A stretch of DNA of 64,000 nucleotides from an uncultured Ignavibacteria bacterium (GCA_964399055.1 CAYNPJ010000002.1:116124-180123); one strand, 5' to 3'. Positions 21,339 to 31,533 are shown, counted from the first letter of the stretch. The notes: generated by a model from the letters alone, not told the origin. Numbers and translations: made by a program.

Positions 21339-21815
21339 TTAGGTACTCCCCTTTTTAACCTTCTTGTCAGCACAGCAGGCTTTGCCCTGGCCGCTGGTCA
21401 TCTGGCCCGTGGCGTGGGGGCAGACCTTGGCCGACATATCACAGGCCTTCCCCGAGGAGGTCTCGGTCTGGGCGGTTACCTCTTTGACGACCGTAAAACC
21501 TGTGGTCTGGGCGGTGGTGAGAAGCTGGTCGGAATTGACCTTTTCCGGATTGTATTCCACTAAGGCTCGGGAATCTTCAAAGGAGACGATGACATTCTGC
21601 ACTCCTTCTACTTTGGAGAGGGCTTCCTTAACGTGCGTAGCACAGTTGCCGCAGTGCATGCCGGTCACCTTAAATGAGGCAGTAGAGCAATTGGCCGAGG
21701 CCATAGACATCTCCTGACTGGCCTGTTTGTCCTTGCCGCAGCCCAAAGCCGCCACTGAAGCGATTAACAGAATCATCCCCGCCATCAGCATCACAGATTT
21801 GAATCGCATTGCCAA
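21339..21815 (-). CDS. heavy-metal-associated (HMA) domain lipoprotein, Cys-rich C-terminus
   Basis: lipobox (AALGC); HMA fold with GMHCGNC metal-binding motif; C-terminal CxxxxxxC...CC. Confidence 0.7.
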   Translation of the reverse strand: MAMRFKSVMLMAGMILLIASVAALGCGKDKQASQEMSMASANCSTASFKVTGMHCGNCATHVKEALSKVEGVQNVIVSFEDSRALVEYNPEKVNSDQLLTTAQTTGFTVVKEVTAQTETSSGKACDMSAKVCPHATGQMTSGQGKACCADKKVKKGST

Positions 21816-21965
21816 ACCTCCTCTATATGGTTTTAAGGTTAAAATTTATCTACCGCTGCCATTGGTCGAAATCCCGAGAGGGGGGCTAGGGAACTCGAAA
21901 TCTCGATGCGGCAACGGTAGAAATTGTAATATAATCTTTCCAATCTAAGTGTCAAGATAATTTCC

Positions 21966-22490
21966 TTAACTTTTCCCTTTTTTCTGCTCTTTTTCCTTGA
22001 TGTACTCATCCAAGCGCATCTCTTTTTCGTAGGCCTTGTCTTTGACATAAGATAGAACATTGACAAAGTGGTCAGGTCCGGTATAGCCCGGCAGACAGGC
22101 AATTCTCTCGCCGTTTGGTTTTAAGAAACAAGTGGTGGGATAGCCGCTTACCTTAAAGTCCTGAGCTACCTGCCGTTCGGTGAGGCTCTTGCCGTTGACG
22201 CTTAGGCTCCGGCTGGACTCGGCATTCAGCTTTACAGTCACGTAGTTGTCAGACAATAATTTCTTGACATCCTTGTTGGCATAAGTATCCTTATCCATCT
22301 TTTTACACCAGCCGCACCAGGTGGTGTAAAAGTCCACCAAGATATGTTTGTTCTGCTTCTTGGCAGTTTCCAGTCCCTGGTCATAAGATACCCAGGTAAC
22401 CTCGCCTGATTTAGGGCCCTGGCTCCAGGTCAAAACCGGTGTCAAGATTAAGAGTGCCAGAAGGTAAAAAACCATCGACTTTTTGAGCAT
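21966..22490 (-). CDS. secreted thioredoxin-fold protein
   Basis: signal peptide; WCGWC active-site motif (YTTWCGWCKKMD). Confidence 0.75.
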   Translation of the reverse strand: MLKKSMVFYLLALLILTPVLTWSQGPKSGEVTWVSYDQGLETAKKQNKHILVDFYTTWCGWCKKMDKDTYANKDVKKLLSDNYVTVKLNAESSRSLSVNGKSLTERQVAQDFKVSGYPTTCFLKPNGERIACLPGYTGPDHFVNVLSYVKDKAYEKEMRLDEYIKEKEQKKGKS

Positions 22491-22604
22491 ACTTACACCT
22501 CTTTGCGCTTTTGTATTATCCTACGAGGCTTTATCAGCACTGTTTGCCGATTATATTCATTTTTTTTCTGGTTAACTTTCTGACTTCCTTGAACATTGTC
22601 GGCT

Positions 22605-25600
22605 CTAACTGTGACGCCTGAAGCCGTTTTTAGGATTAATCTCCAGGCGGACGTTTTCCTCCCCTAATAAGGCGCTCAACCGGTTATACAGAGTCCGATT
22701 AGGGGTGATTTCCGCATCTTTTAACTTTAAGGCGAGCTTATTCTCTAAGCTATTTACGTGCAGGACCACCGGCATCTGGCCGGGATATTCCTTTAAGGTC
22801 TCTTTAAGATTGCTGATGGCAGCAGAATCCAGCTCTCCGGAAGAGAGCTGTAAATGCAGACTCCCGCCGATATTTTTCCAGGCTTCTAGGAGCGAAATGA
22901 CTTCCTGAACTATGATTTTGGGCTTCTCCCCTTCCCGGGTTGAGCTGTTGCCTTTGACCAGTACCAGAGAATCAACCAGGATCAAAGACCTGAAGCGCTC
23001 CAAGACATCCGAGAACAGAATCAACTCCACCCGTCCGGTAAAATCTTCCAAAGTGGCAAAGGCCATCTGTTTACCTTTGCGGTCTATATTGGTTTTGACG
23101 GCAATGATTATTCCTCCCATTACTACCTGCTGATTATCGGGAATTTCTTCCAAGGAAAGGGAGTCTTGGCTGGCAATCTGTTTCAGCTCAAACTGATAAT
23201 CTGCCAAAGGGTGTCCGGAGAGATAGAATCCTAATGTCTCTTTTTCGCGAGAGAGAATATCATAGCGTTCCCAGGCAGGAACCTCTGGCAGAGTGGGCTC
23301 AACTGAAGATTCCTTTACTCCTCTGAGACTGAAAAGCGAAGTCTGCCCTCCAGCTTCCTCTCTTTGTTTGGCCTGACCATACTGAATGGCCATGTCTAAG
23401 CCGGCCACTAAAGCGGCCCGGTTAGGATTAAGGGAGTCAAAGGCTCCGGCCACAATCAGGCTCTCCTGGGCCTTGCGGTTGACCAGGCGTAAATCGACTC
23501 TGGAGCAGAAATCGAACAGAGAGACAAAGGGGCCGCCTTTTTCCCTGGCTGTAACGATTGATTCTACCGCCCCTAGGCCGACATTCTTGATGGCGCCCAG
23601 GCCAAATCTGATTCTATCTACCACCACTCTAAAATCGGCAAAGGATTCATTCACCTCCGGAGGAAGAACTTCAATTCCCATCCGTTTGCATTCATCCAAG
23701 AGGACTACAATCCGGTCGGTATCTGTAACTTCCGAAGTCAGGGTAGCGGCCATAAATTCTAAAGGATAATGAGCCTTCAGGTAGGCGGTCTGGTAAGCAA
23801 CCAAGGCATAGGCCAAACTGTGGGACTTGTTGAAGCCGTAGCGCCCGAAAGTGATTATCTGCTCGAAGATTTTCCCGGCAGTCTCTTTGGGTATTCCGCG
23901 CGACTTGGCCCCTTTGATGAACTCATCCTGCTGTTTTTTCATCAGCTCGGCTATCTTTTTCCCCATGGCTTTGCGTAGAATGTCGGCCCTGCTTAAGGTG
24001 TAGCCGGCTATTTCGGAGGCGATGCGTATCACTTGCTCCTGATAGACTATCACCCCGTAGGTCTCTTTGAGAATCGGCTCTAAAGAGGGATGCTCATATT
24101 TTATTTCTTTGAAACCTCGTTTGCGGTCGATGTATTCATCCACCATATGGGCGTCTAAGGGACCCGGGCGATACAGGGCGTTCATGGCGGTCAGGTCATC
24201 CAAGACTTCCGGCTTTAATTTTTTGAGGTATTCCCGCATGCCCGGAGATTCAAACTGGAAGACCCCTATGGTTTCACCCCGTGAGAAAAGATGATACACT
24301 CTCTGGTCATCTGAAGGAATCTGGTCTATATTGATATCGACCCCTCTATCTCTTCTTAATCGGGACAAAGCGTCATCAATCACCGTGAGGGTCCGCAGGC
24401 CCAAAAAATCAATTTTCAAGAGTCCGATGTCTTCAATTCCGACCATGTCGTACTGAGTGGTGACTTCATCCTTGTTGGATTTGTACAGAGGGACAAAGTC
24501 GGTCAGTTTGGAAGGAGCAATCACCACTCCGGCGGCATGTGTGGAGGCATGCCGGGATAGACCTTCTAACACTTGCGAATAGGAAATCAACTTTCCGACT
24601 GTGGAATTTGAATCGACCAATTTTTTTAACTCCGGCTGGACCTGAAGCGCCTTTTCCAAGGTCATTTCCACTTCCGCGGGAATCATTTTAGCGATTCTGT
24701 CGACTTCCGAGTAAGGCATGTCCATTACCCGGCCAACGTCGCGGACCACTGCGCGGGCTGCCATGGAGCCGAAAGTGATTATCTGGGACACATTCTCTTT
24801 GCCGTATTTGTTAATTACATACTCGATGATTCTGTCGCGGCCTTTGTCAGAAAAATCGATGTCGATATCCGGCATGGAGATTCTGTCCGGATTCAAAAAG
24901 CGCTCGAAGATTAAGCCGTACTTTATCGGGTCAATACTGGTAATCCCCAGCGCGTAAGAGACCAAACTGCCGGCAGCCGAGCCCCTGCCCGGACCGACGG
25001 GAATTTCTTTGGAGCGGGCGTAATCTATGAAATCTTTCACAATCAAAAAGTATCCCGCAAACCCCATCTGTTTGATGACCGAGAGCTCGTAAGCCAGACG
25101 CTCTTCTATACCTGGAGTAACTTTGTGATAACGACGGGTTAACCCTTTCTTGGCCTGATATTCCAGATAATCATCCAAGCTTGTGAAACCCGATGGGATG
25201 GGGAGATAGGGGAGGTGCAATTTACCGAATTCCAACTGCAGATTACATTCTTCCGCCACCCGCAGAGTATTCTCGATGGCAGTAGGAAACTCCGCAAAAA
25301 GCTCCTTCATCTCCAGCGGAGACTTGAAATAGACCTGGTCGGTACCGAATCTAAGGCGGTCAGTGTCGGAAATCGACTTGCCGGTCTGAATGCAGAGCAA
25401 AGCATCATGCGCCTGGGCATGCTCTTTTTTAAGATAGTGGCAGTCATTAGTGGCGACCAAAGGTATGCTTAACTTCTGGGATAGCCGAGCTAAGAGATTC
25501 TTAACCCTTTTTTCATCTTCTAAGTTGTGATCCTGCAGTTCAATGTAAAAATTCCCTTCCCCGAAAACGTCCAGAAACTGCCGGGCAATCTCTTCTGCCT

Positions 25601-26072
25601 CTTTTTCTTTATTGTCGAGTAAATTGACCGGAATCTCGCCACTTAAACAGGAAGAGAAGGCAATCAAACCTTCCGCGTGTTGTTTGAGTACTTGCTTATC
25701 AATGCGCGGGCGGAAGTAATAACCTTCCAGATAGCCAATCGTAGCTAATTTTATCAGATTTTTGTAGCCGGTCAAATTCTTGACGAGGAGGACAAGATGA
25801 TAGCCGGTATCCGGCAGCCCCTTGATTTGCTCTTTGGTGTGCAAATCATGCGGGGCAACATACGCCTCCATCCCCAAAATCGGTTTGATGCCGGCCTGAA
25901 TCGCCTTCCTGTAAAATTCAATCGCCCCGAACATGTTGCCATGGTCGGTGATGGCCAGAGCCGGCAGTTTGTACTCCTTGGCTAAAGCCAGAAGGTCATT
26001 CACCTTGCAGGCGCCGTCTAGGAGGGAGTACTGGGTGTGGTTGTGTAAATGGACGAAGTCAGCGTGTTGCAT
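22605..26072 (-). CDS. dnaE: DNA polymerase III alpha subunit DnaE
   Basis: PHP domain N-terminus (HLHNHTQYSLLDGA), pol III alpha core, OB-fold; 1155 aa. Confidence 0.95.
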   Translation of the reverse strand: MQHADFVHLHNHTQYSLLDGACKVNDLLALAKEYKLPALAITDHGNMFGAIEFYRKAIQAGIKPILGMEAYVAPHDLHTKEQIKGLPDTGYHLVLLVKNLTGYKNLIKLATIGYLEGYYFRPRIDKQVLKQHAEGLIAFSSCLSGEIPVNLLDNKEKEAEEIARQFLDVFGEGNFYIELQDHNLEDEKRVKNLLARLSQKLSIPLVATNDCHYLKKEHAQAHDALLCIQTGKSISDTDRLRFGTDQVYFKSPLEMKELFAEFPTAIENTLRVAEECNLQLEFGKLHLPYLPIPSGFTSLDDYLEYQAKKGLTRRYHKVTPGIEERLAYELSVIKQMGFAGYFLIVKDFIDYARSKEIPVGPGRGSAAGSLVSYALGITSIDPIKYGLIFERFLNPDRISMPDIDIDFSDKGRDRIIEYVINKYGKENVSQIITFGSMAARAVVRDVGRVMDMPYSEVDRIAKMIPAEVEMTLEKALQVQPELKKLVDSNSTVGKLISYSQVLEGLSRHASTHAAGVVIAPSKLTDFVPLYKSNKDEVTTQYDMVGIEDIGLLKIDFLGLRTLTVIDDALSRLRRDRGVDINIDQIPSDDQRVYHLFSRGETIGVFQFESPGMREYLKKLKPEVLDDLTAMNALYRPGPLDAHMVDEYIDRKRGFKEIKYEHPSLEPILKETYGVIVYQEQVIRIASEIAGYTLSRADILRKAMGKKIAELMKKQQDEFIKGAKSRGIPKETAGKIFEQIITFGRYGFNKSHSLAYALVAYQTAYLKAHYPLEFMAATLTSEVTDTDRIVVLLDECKRMGIEVLPPEVNESFADFRVVVDRIRFGLGAIKNVGLGAVESIVTAREKGGPFVSLFDFCSRVDLRLVNRKAQESLIVAGAFDSLNPNRAALVAGLDMAIQYGQAKQREEAGGQTSLFSLRGVKESSVEPTLPEVPAWERYDILSREKETLGFYLSGHPLADYQFELKQIASQDSLSLEEIPDNQQVVMGGIIIAVKTNIDRKGKQMAFATLEDFTGRVELILFSDVLERFRSLILVDSLVLVKGNSSTREGEKPKIIVQEVISLLEAWKNIGGSLHLQLSSGELDSAAISNLKETLKEYPGQMPVVLHVNSLENKLALKLKDAEITPNRTLYNRLSALLGEENVRLEINPKNGFRRHS

Positions 26073-26084
26073 ACTAGGTTTTGT

Positions 26085-26396
26085 TTATCTCTCTTTATTT
26101 GCCCATTCGCCGCATTCTCTATCTACGTCAAGCTCTTGTTCTAAGTAATCTAAAAAAGGGCTCTGAACGATACTCCTGAATATCCTGACAAATTTCTTTT
26201 TCTCTCTGTCCGTTACTTGCCAGGTTGTCTCATGAAATCTTCGCTGATTAAGGTCTACTCTAAATTCCGATAAGATAGTATTAAGGTTATTGATATGAGA
26301 ATGCCTTTTGGTTCTTTTACAAACCGCGATAATCGTAAGGGAATCCTTTTTAGTGTCTAATCTGAATATATAACGCTTTCCAGCCAGTGTCTGCAC
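26085..26396 (-). CDS. hypothetical small protein; N-terminal segment resembles RelE/ParE toxin core strand (weak)
   Basis: 103 aa; KRYIFRLDTKKDSLTIIAVCKRTKRH resembles YRIIYRIDxxxxTVxILRVGHRK motif; low-GC; 9 nt after upstream gene, 12 nt before dnaE. Confidence 0.35.
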   Translation of the reverse strand: MQTLAGKRYIFRLDTKKDSLTIIAVCKRTKRHSHINNLNTILSEFRVDLNQRRFHETTWQVTDREKKKFVRIFRSIVQSPFLDYLEQELDVDRECGEWANKER

Positions 26397-26407
26397 AGAC
26401 GATCCTC

Positions 26408-27319
26408 TTAAATGTCGCTTGCGTATTCTCTCCTAAACTCTTCGTATACCACGCGCAATACCTTTTCTCTGTCTTCTCTATCTTCAAACTGTGAGGCCAA
26501 TTTAAGCAAATCATTCTTATCGATAGACTGAATTTTCATATCTATTAGGTACTTTTTGATTTCCTTGCTGATATCATCGATTATCAGAATTACCTTTCCA
26601 TCATCCAGTCTCTCCTTATCGAAGTTGGTTTTAAGTTCCTTGTAGATGTTCTTCGCTGCGCTGAGATTCGTGACCTTCAGCTTTTTAATTTGATAAACCA
26701 CACCAAAGTTGGTTGATAAATCAACTCCTGCGTCGTGAGCAGAAGTACGAGTGTCTCTATATATCTTGCAGGCAAACTTTTCTAAGTGAACTCTAATAAT
26801 AGCAAATCCTAAAATTTCGAAATTGGCTGCACTCGTGTCTATGTGTGCTCTGATAGCTCTCACAAAATCTGACGGGCTATCTGCTATTTTCGCTCTTGTC
26901 TCTTGCGCTGCCAACTTTGTTACAATCCCTAGCTTCGAGTCGATATAGTTCCTTATTCTCTCTACCAGCCAATGTTGTAATTCCTTAGCACAATCTTTGA
27001 ACAGAGGATTTAGCTTATATTTTTTCTCTCCCAGCACTTGTACGACCTTGTGCGCCGGGAGATTTCTGGAAGAGTAAGCGTCATAGTATTTTCCACCTAT
27101 ATGAAGGTCATGACCGAGTAATTGCTTTAACTCTTGAACAGATTTCTCATAGATGCGTCTGATTTCTAGGTCAGAAAACACATCCTTGTCATCCTTTACA
27201 TAAGATTTAACTAGTCCCCACGTAATTACTGGAAAGAGAATCTTAGTTTGAGATCGTTTCAGCATCCTCTCAACCGCATTTGCCACTGCTGGTGGTATCT
27301 TGCTTGACTTCTCAGTCAT
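26408..27319 (-). CDS. hypothetical protein, low-GC; possible PD-(D/E)xK-like nuclease (D-x12-QxK)
   Basis: 303 aa; HDAGVDLSTNFGVVYQIKK fits D...(E/Q)xK spacing; composition clearly more AT-rich than flanking dnaE/rhomboid (by eye). Confidence 0.4.
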   Translation of the reverse strand: MTEKSSKIPPAVANAVERMLKRSQTKILFPVITWGLVKSYVKDDKDVFSDLEIRRIYEKSVQELKQLLGHDLHIGGKYYDAYSSRNLPAHKVVQVLGEKKYKLNPLFKDCAKELQHWLVERIRNYIDSKLGIVTKLAAQETRAKIADSPSDFVRAIRAHIDTSAANFEILGFAIIRVHLEKFACKIYRDTRTSAHDAGVDLSTNFGVVYQIKKLKVTNLSAAKNIYKELKTNFDKERLDDGKVILIIDDISKEIKKYLIDMKIQSIDKNDLLKLASQFEDREDREKVLRVVYEEFRREYASDI

Positions 27320-27323
27320 GACT

Positions 27324-27995
27324 TTAATCTCTTAAAAGTTTCATCACCTTAAACAACCCCATCCCCGCCACAAACCCTCCGATATGCGCAAACCAGGCCA
27401 CCCCGCCGGTAATATTCGCCCCAATCGAAGGCAGCCCATTCAACAGCTGAATAATAAACCAGAAACCCAACACATACAGCGCCGGAATCGCCACTATCCT
27501 AGCAAAAAAGCCAAAGAAAATCAAAGTCAAGACCCGGGCCCCAGGGAAGCGAATCATATAGGCGCCCAAGACGCCGGCAATCGCGCCAGAAGCCCCAATC
27601 ATCGGAACCTGCGAACTCGGATTCGCGGCAATATATGTGAAAGAAGCGATCAGACCGGAGAGAAGATAGAAAATCACAAACTTGAAATGCCCTAACTTAT
27701 CCTCCACGTTGTTACCGAAAATCCAGAGATACCACATGTTGCCGATCACATGCATCCAGCCCCCGTGCAAGAACATAGCCGTAAACAAAGTCAGAGGAAT
27801 CGGAAAGGCGGCCTGATAAGTCACTTCCTGGCCGTGAGTTATCTCAAAAGGAATGGCGCCATATTTGAATAACAGGAAGTCAAAGTTTTCTCCCATCGAA
27901 AGCTGGTAGAAGAAGACCAGCACATTGGTCAGAATAATCGCCACCGTGACGACCGGCTTCTTATCTGTGGCAATGTTGTCTTTGAGCGGAAACAT
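27324..27995 (-). CDS. rhomboid-family intramembrane serine protease
   Basis: 6 TM; GASGAIAGVLGAY (GxSG) and HIGGFVAG catalytic His. Confidence 0.85.
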   Translation of the reverse strand: MFPLKDNIATDKKPVVTVAIILTNVLVFFYQLSMGENFDFLLFKYGAIPFEITHGQEVTYQAAFPIPLTLFTAMFLHGGWMHVIGNMWYLWIFGNNVEDKLGHFKFVIFYLLSGLIASFTYIAANPSSQVPMIGASGAIAGVLGAYMIRFPGARVLTLIFFGFFARIVAIPALYVLGFWFIIQLLNGLPSIGANITGGVAWFAHIGGFVAGMGLFKVMKLLRD

Positions 27996-28079
27996 ACTTC
28001 AATTTGGATTGAGAGCATAATAGAGACAGGTTCAATCTCTGTCAACCTGTGTTTATAAAATTCTTCTAACCCCTCCCTA

Positions 28080-28243
28080 CCCTCCCCTAAAAGGAGAGGG
28101 TAAAAAGTACTCTCCCTTCTTAAGGAGGAGAATTTTCACCCTGTCCTAGAGGAGAGGGTTGGGGAGAAGTCACATCTTTTCTCGTAGGCGGGGTTCTTTA
28201 CCCCGCCTCTTTTCTTTTTGGCCGAGGAAGGGACCCTCGGCTA
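28080..28243. repeat. cluster of REP-like palindromes in 440-bp intergenic region (two family-1 variants, one family-2 copy, plus GC hairpin 28221-28241)
   Basis: family-1 variants CCCTCCCCT-aaa-AGGAGAGGG at 28080-28100 and CCCTGTCCT-aga-GGAGAGGG at 28139-28158; family-2 copy AGGCGGGGTTCTTTACCCCGCCT at 28186-28208 followed by T-run; plus GCCGAGG-n7-CCTCGGC hairpin. Confidence 0.45.
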
Positions 28244-28439
28244 CGGCGGTGCCGTTTGATTTGGCCAAAAGCATCGGTATCACTCTCGCATAACAGGAAA
28301 ACATTGGATTTGAGCTCCTAAGCCGTTATAAATCCTGTCCAAAATGTACTTGCAAAGATGGCTCTAGACGATATATTTACAGGTTGAGTCAGTCTACCCT
28401 GAAGTAGATAAAAATAGATATTAGGAGGATTATTTTTTT

Positions 28440-30260
28440 ATGTTAAAGACCATGCGCAAGATGACCAAGCCCATCATGTGGTTTGTGGCCATAATCTTTG
28501 TAGCCTTTTTGGGTTGGCAGGGAGTATTCACCGGCCCGAATACGGGCAATACCATCGCCAAAATCAATGGAGAGGATATCTCCTATCAGGTTTATGATGT
28601 CTTTTATCAGCGCAGTTATCGCTTGGCCCAGCAGGAATTCGGGGATACGGTCGAATTCGATCAGTACATCGAAGAGCAAATTCGCAACCGCACCTGGGAG
28701 GATCTGGTAACTCAGATTCTTCTGACTCAGGAGGCCAAGAAAAGAGGCGTGGTGGTGACTGACAGAGAAGTATTCGAGTACCTGAGGCGTTTTCCCCCTT
28801 TTGACATTCTCGACATGAGCGCCTTTCAGACTGACGGTAAGTTTGATTACAACAAATATGCCCAGGCCCTGGTGGACCCCCGCCTGGCTCAGGCCTGGGT
28901 GCCGGTGGAATCTTATGTCAGAGAAAGACTCCTGATGGGGAAGTTGCAGATGATGGTCACCTCTCTGGTACGGGTTAGCCCGGACGAGCTGAAACAGCAG
29001 TGGCTCAAAGAAAATTCTTCCCTGGACGTAAAATTTGTCCGCTTCCCGGCAGAGCGCTATCTGGACGCTATCCAGTACACGCCCCAGGAGCTGGAGCAGT
29101 TTTATCAAAACAATAGGCAGCGATTTCCCAAGCCGGAGAGAGCCGAACTCTATTACGTCGAATTCTTGAAAAAGCCTCAGTCCTCAGATGAGCTGGAAAC
29201 CCAGAAGAAATTAGAAGAAATCAAGGCTCAGATTAAGACCCAGGACGACTTCGCCAAAATGGCCCGGCAGTACTCTGAGGACCAGGCTACTAAAGAAAAC
29301 GGCGGAGACCTGGGCTGGGTGGAGACCGGCAGTTTTATACCGGCTTTCGACGATGTTTTAAAGAAGATGCAACCCTTAGAGATTTCCGAGCCTCTGCGGA
29401 GCAGCTACGGCTGGCATCTCTTGAAGTTACATCAGAAATCAATCGGCGGACCCAAAGTGCAGTTTCACATCAGCCATATACTTCTTAAACCCAAGCTGAG
29501 TGAAAAGGGATTAAAAGAGCTCCAGGAGCAGGTTAATCAGCTCTACCGCGAGGCCAGAGCTTCAGACCTGGAAAAGGCCGCGGCTAAGTTGAACCGCTCC
29601 GTGGTCCAGACCGGCTGGTTCAATAAAGGAGGCTTTATACAGGGTCTGGGCAATAATCAGGATGCTCAGAAATTTGCCTTCAGTGCCAGTCAGGGGCAGG
29701 TGAGTGAGATTATCGAGACTCCCAATGCTTATTATGTTCTGCAATTGAAAGAACGCCTTCCTGCTGGTCCGGCTACTTTTGAGGAAATTAAAGCTCAGCT
29801 AGTCTTAGAATACAAGCGGGTTAAGGCCTTGGAGAGATGTAAGGAGGAGGCCAGGCAGTTTTATCAACTGATTCAAAAGGGACAGAATCTGGCTCAAGCT
29901 GCCAAAAGCGCCAAAGAGACTGTCGTTTCCACTGGCAAGTATAAAGCCAATGAGCCACTGATTCCTCAGGTAGGAAGTATTCCTGAATTCACTGAGGCAG
30001 CTCTTAAACTGACTAAGCCGGGCCAGATTAGTTCCCCGGTGGAGACCCCTATCGCGGTCTTTGCCCTGGAGTTGGTCTGGCGTGAGACCCCGGCAGATAC
30101 GCTTTACACCGCGGTTGAAGATTCCCTTTATCAGACCGCCTTGCAGCAGAAGCAGAGCCAGATTTATAGCCAGTGGTTTGCCCAGTTGAGAGACAGAGCC
30201 AAGATTGAAGACTTTCGTAAGGAGTTTCTCAGAGAGGAAGAGCCTGCCGAGGAAGGATAA
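28440..30260 (+). CDS. periplasmic peptidyl-prolyl isomerase, SurA/PpiD-like with parvulin domain
   Basis: N-terminal TM/signal, chaperone region, parvulin PPIase motif (DLGWVETGSFIPAFDDVL...GWHLLKL). Confidence 0.8.
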   Translation: MLKTMRKMTKPIMWFVAIIFVAFLGWQGVFTGPNTGNTIAKINGEDISYQVYDVFYQRSYRLAQQEFGDTVEFDQYIEEQIRNRTWEDLVTQILLTQEAKKRGVVVTDREVFEYLRRFPPFDILDMSAFQTDGKFDYNKYAQALVDPRLAQAWVPVESYVRERLLMGKLQMMVTSLVRVSPDELKQQWLKENSSLDVKFVRFPAERYLDAIQYTPQELEQFYQNNRQRFPKPERAELYYVEFLKKPQSSDELETQKKLEEIKAQIKTQDDFAKMARQYSEDQATKENGGDLGWVETGSFIPAFDDVLKKMQPLEISEPLRSSYGWHLLKLHQKSIGGPKVQFHISHILLKPKLSEKGLKELQEQVNQLYREARASDLEKAAAKLNRSVVQTGWFNKGGFIQGLGNNQDAQKFAFSASQGQVSEIIETPNAYYVLQLKERLPAGPATFEEIKAQLVLEYKRVKALERCKEEARQFYQLIQKGQNLAQAAKSAKETVVSTGKYKANEPLIPQVGSIPEFTEAALKLTKPGQISSPVETPIAVFALELVWRETPADTLYTAVEDSLYQTALQQKQSQIYSQWFAQLRDRAKIEDFRKEFLREEEPAEEG

Positions 30261-30486
30261 TCTCTATATAAACTGACGCAGAGTTTTGCAGGGGATTTTC
30301 TCCACAGGTGAAGAGGAAATCCCTTTCTTTTGAGGGGAAGATTTTTCTCCTGTTTAATTGGCTGAGATTTACACACTTCACTATTTCATTTTCCATCAAG
30401 AAGCTAACCGCAACTGAAACCGATTGCGCACGGCGAGGCACTTTTCTTGCTCAAATGTCAAAGTAAACAGGTTGCAAGGAGAGAAG

Positions 30487-31101
30487 ATGACGGTGCACAG
30501 AAAATTAGCAATTTGGTCGGCAGTAGTAATCCTTTTGACCCTGGCACTCATCTCAGGCTGTGCCCAGCATAATCCGCTCGGTCCTGATTACTCAAATCCT
30601 CAAGCACAGCAAAGACCAACTCCGGGCAGTGCCGCCTCCTCGCCTGAACAGGCGGAGGGCCAATCCTCTGAAACCGATCTCAATATGACTCAGGTTGAAT
30701 ATGTGGGTCCAAGGATTTACCGTCTCCTCGGAATATTAGGCGGGACTATTTCAATTCCTTGTAAGGACTATCTGAGTTACTTCTATGTCCCCTCTTTGGC
30801 TCTGGAACTGAACCTTACGATTTCAGTGCAGGCCATACAGGGGAGAAACAGCCAAGGGGATTTAATTACTGAATACGACTTCTGGCCGGACGGTCTGATT
30901 TTTGAGAAGACCACATATTTGGACCACCGCACTTTGGCCAAGGATGGAACTCTGGCCCAGCTGTGGTGGTTTGACCCGGATAAGGCTGAGTGGACACTGA
31001 TTCAGCAGGGGAAGATAAGAGACGGTAAGTTTACTTTCCCCATTGAACATTTCTCCAAATACCGGGTCTATGAAGGCTCGGTCTCTGCCAGCGGACAATA
31101 A
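30487..31101 (+). CDS. hypothetical lipoprotein
   Basis: ATG 30487 with AAGGAGAG RBS; lipobox LISGC; no family recognised. Confidence 0.5.
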   Translation: MTVHRKLAIWSAVVILLTLALISGCAQHNPLGPDYSNPQAQQRPTPGSAASSPEQAEGQSSETDLNMTQVEYVGPRIYRLLGILGGTISIPCKDYLSYFYVPSLALELNLTISVQAIQGRNSQGDLITEYDFWPDGLIFEKTTYLDHRTLAKDGTLAQLWWFDPDKAEWTLIQQGKIRDGKFTFPIEHFSKYRVYEGSVSASGQ

Positions 31102-31137
31102 AGAGTTTTGCCTCCCTCACCTCCTTTTAAGGATAAA

Positions 31138-31167
31138 GGCCGTCAAGATGACGGCCTTGTTTTTTGG
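31138..31167 (+). terminator. rho-independent terminator (bidirectional position between convergent genes)
   Basis: GGCCGTCA-aga-TGACGGCC stem followed by TTGTTTTTTGG. Confidence 0.6.
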
Positions 31168-31187
31168 TCCTGAATCCGATTTAGCTA

Positions 31188-31409
31188 CTAAGCCGAGAGG
31201 CCGGGATGATTTTTCTGCTGGCCGGTAATCTGGCTCTGCAGAAATTGCAGTTTTAACTTTCCGGTCTTGTGTCGGCAGGCCATAACTCTTTTATACTTTG
31301 CCGGCGAATCTGCGAACAGCTCCAGTTGATGGCTCAATTCCGGGCCTAACTGCTTGAAGTCTAAAAGCTTTTTCAGGCGAGGGTTGAATGAGGAACTTTT
31401 CTCAGGCAT
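31188..31409 (-). CDS. hypothetical small protein
   Basis: 73-aa ORF with GAGGAG RBS 7 nt upstream of ATG; no family. Confidence 0.35.
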   Translation of the reverse strand: MPEKSSSFNPRLKKLLDFKQLGPELSHQLELFADSPAKYKRVMACRHKTGKLKLQFLQSQITGQQKNHPGLSA

Positions 31410-31533
31410 GGCTTACTCCTCTATCATTTTAAGACAATCTAAGTATCGACTAACCAGGAGCCGAACTTGAAGAATTTATGCTATTTTTTTATTGACATTT
31501 AAGAAAAAATTCACAAATTGGAACTGTTTTAAC

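Noticed and set aside
28186-28208. Hairpin + T-run as a simple terminator of an upstream plus-strand gene
   Set aside because: There is no plus-strand gene upstream, because the rhomboid gene is on the minus strand. An identical hairpin without a T-run occurs at 572-593, so it is treated as a repeat-family member or possible attenuator.
31492-31533. TTG-initiated N-terminal extension of sdhC
   Set aside because: TTGACA here is more plausibly part of a promoter -35. The ATG at 31534 gives a typical SdhC length.
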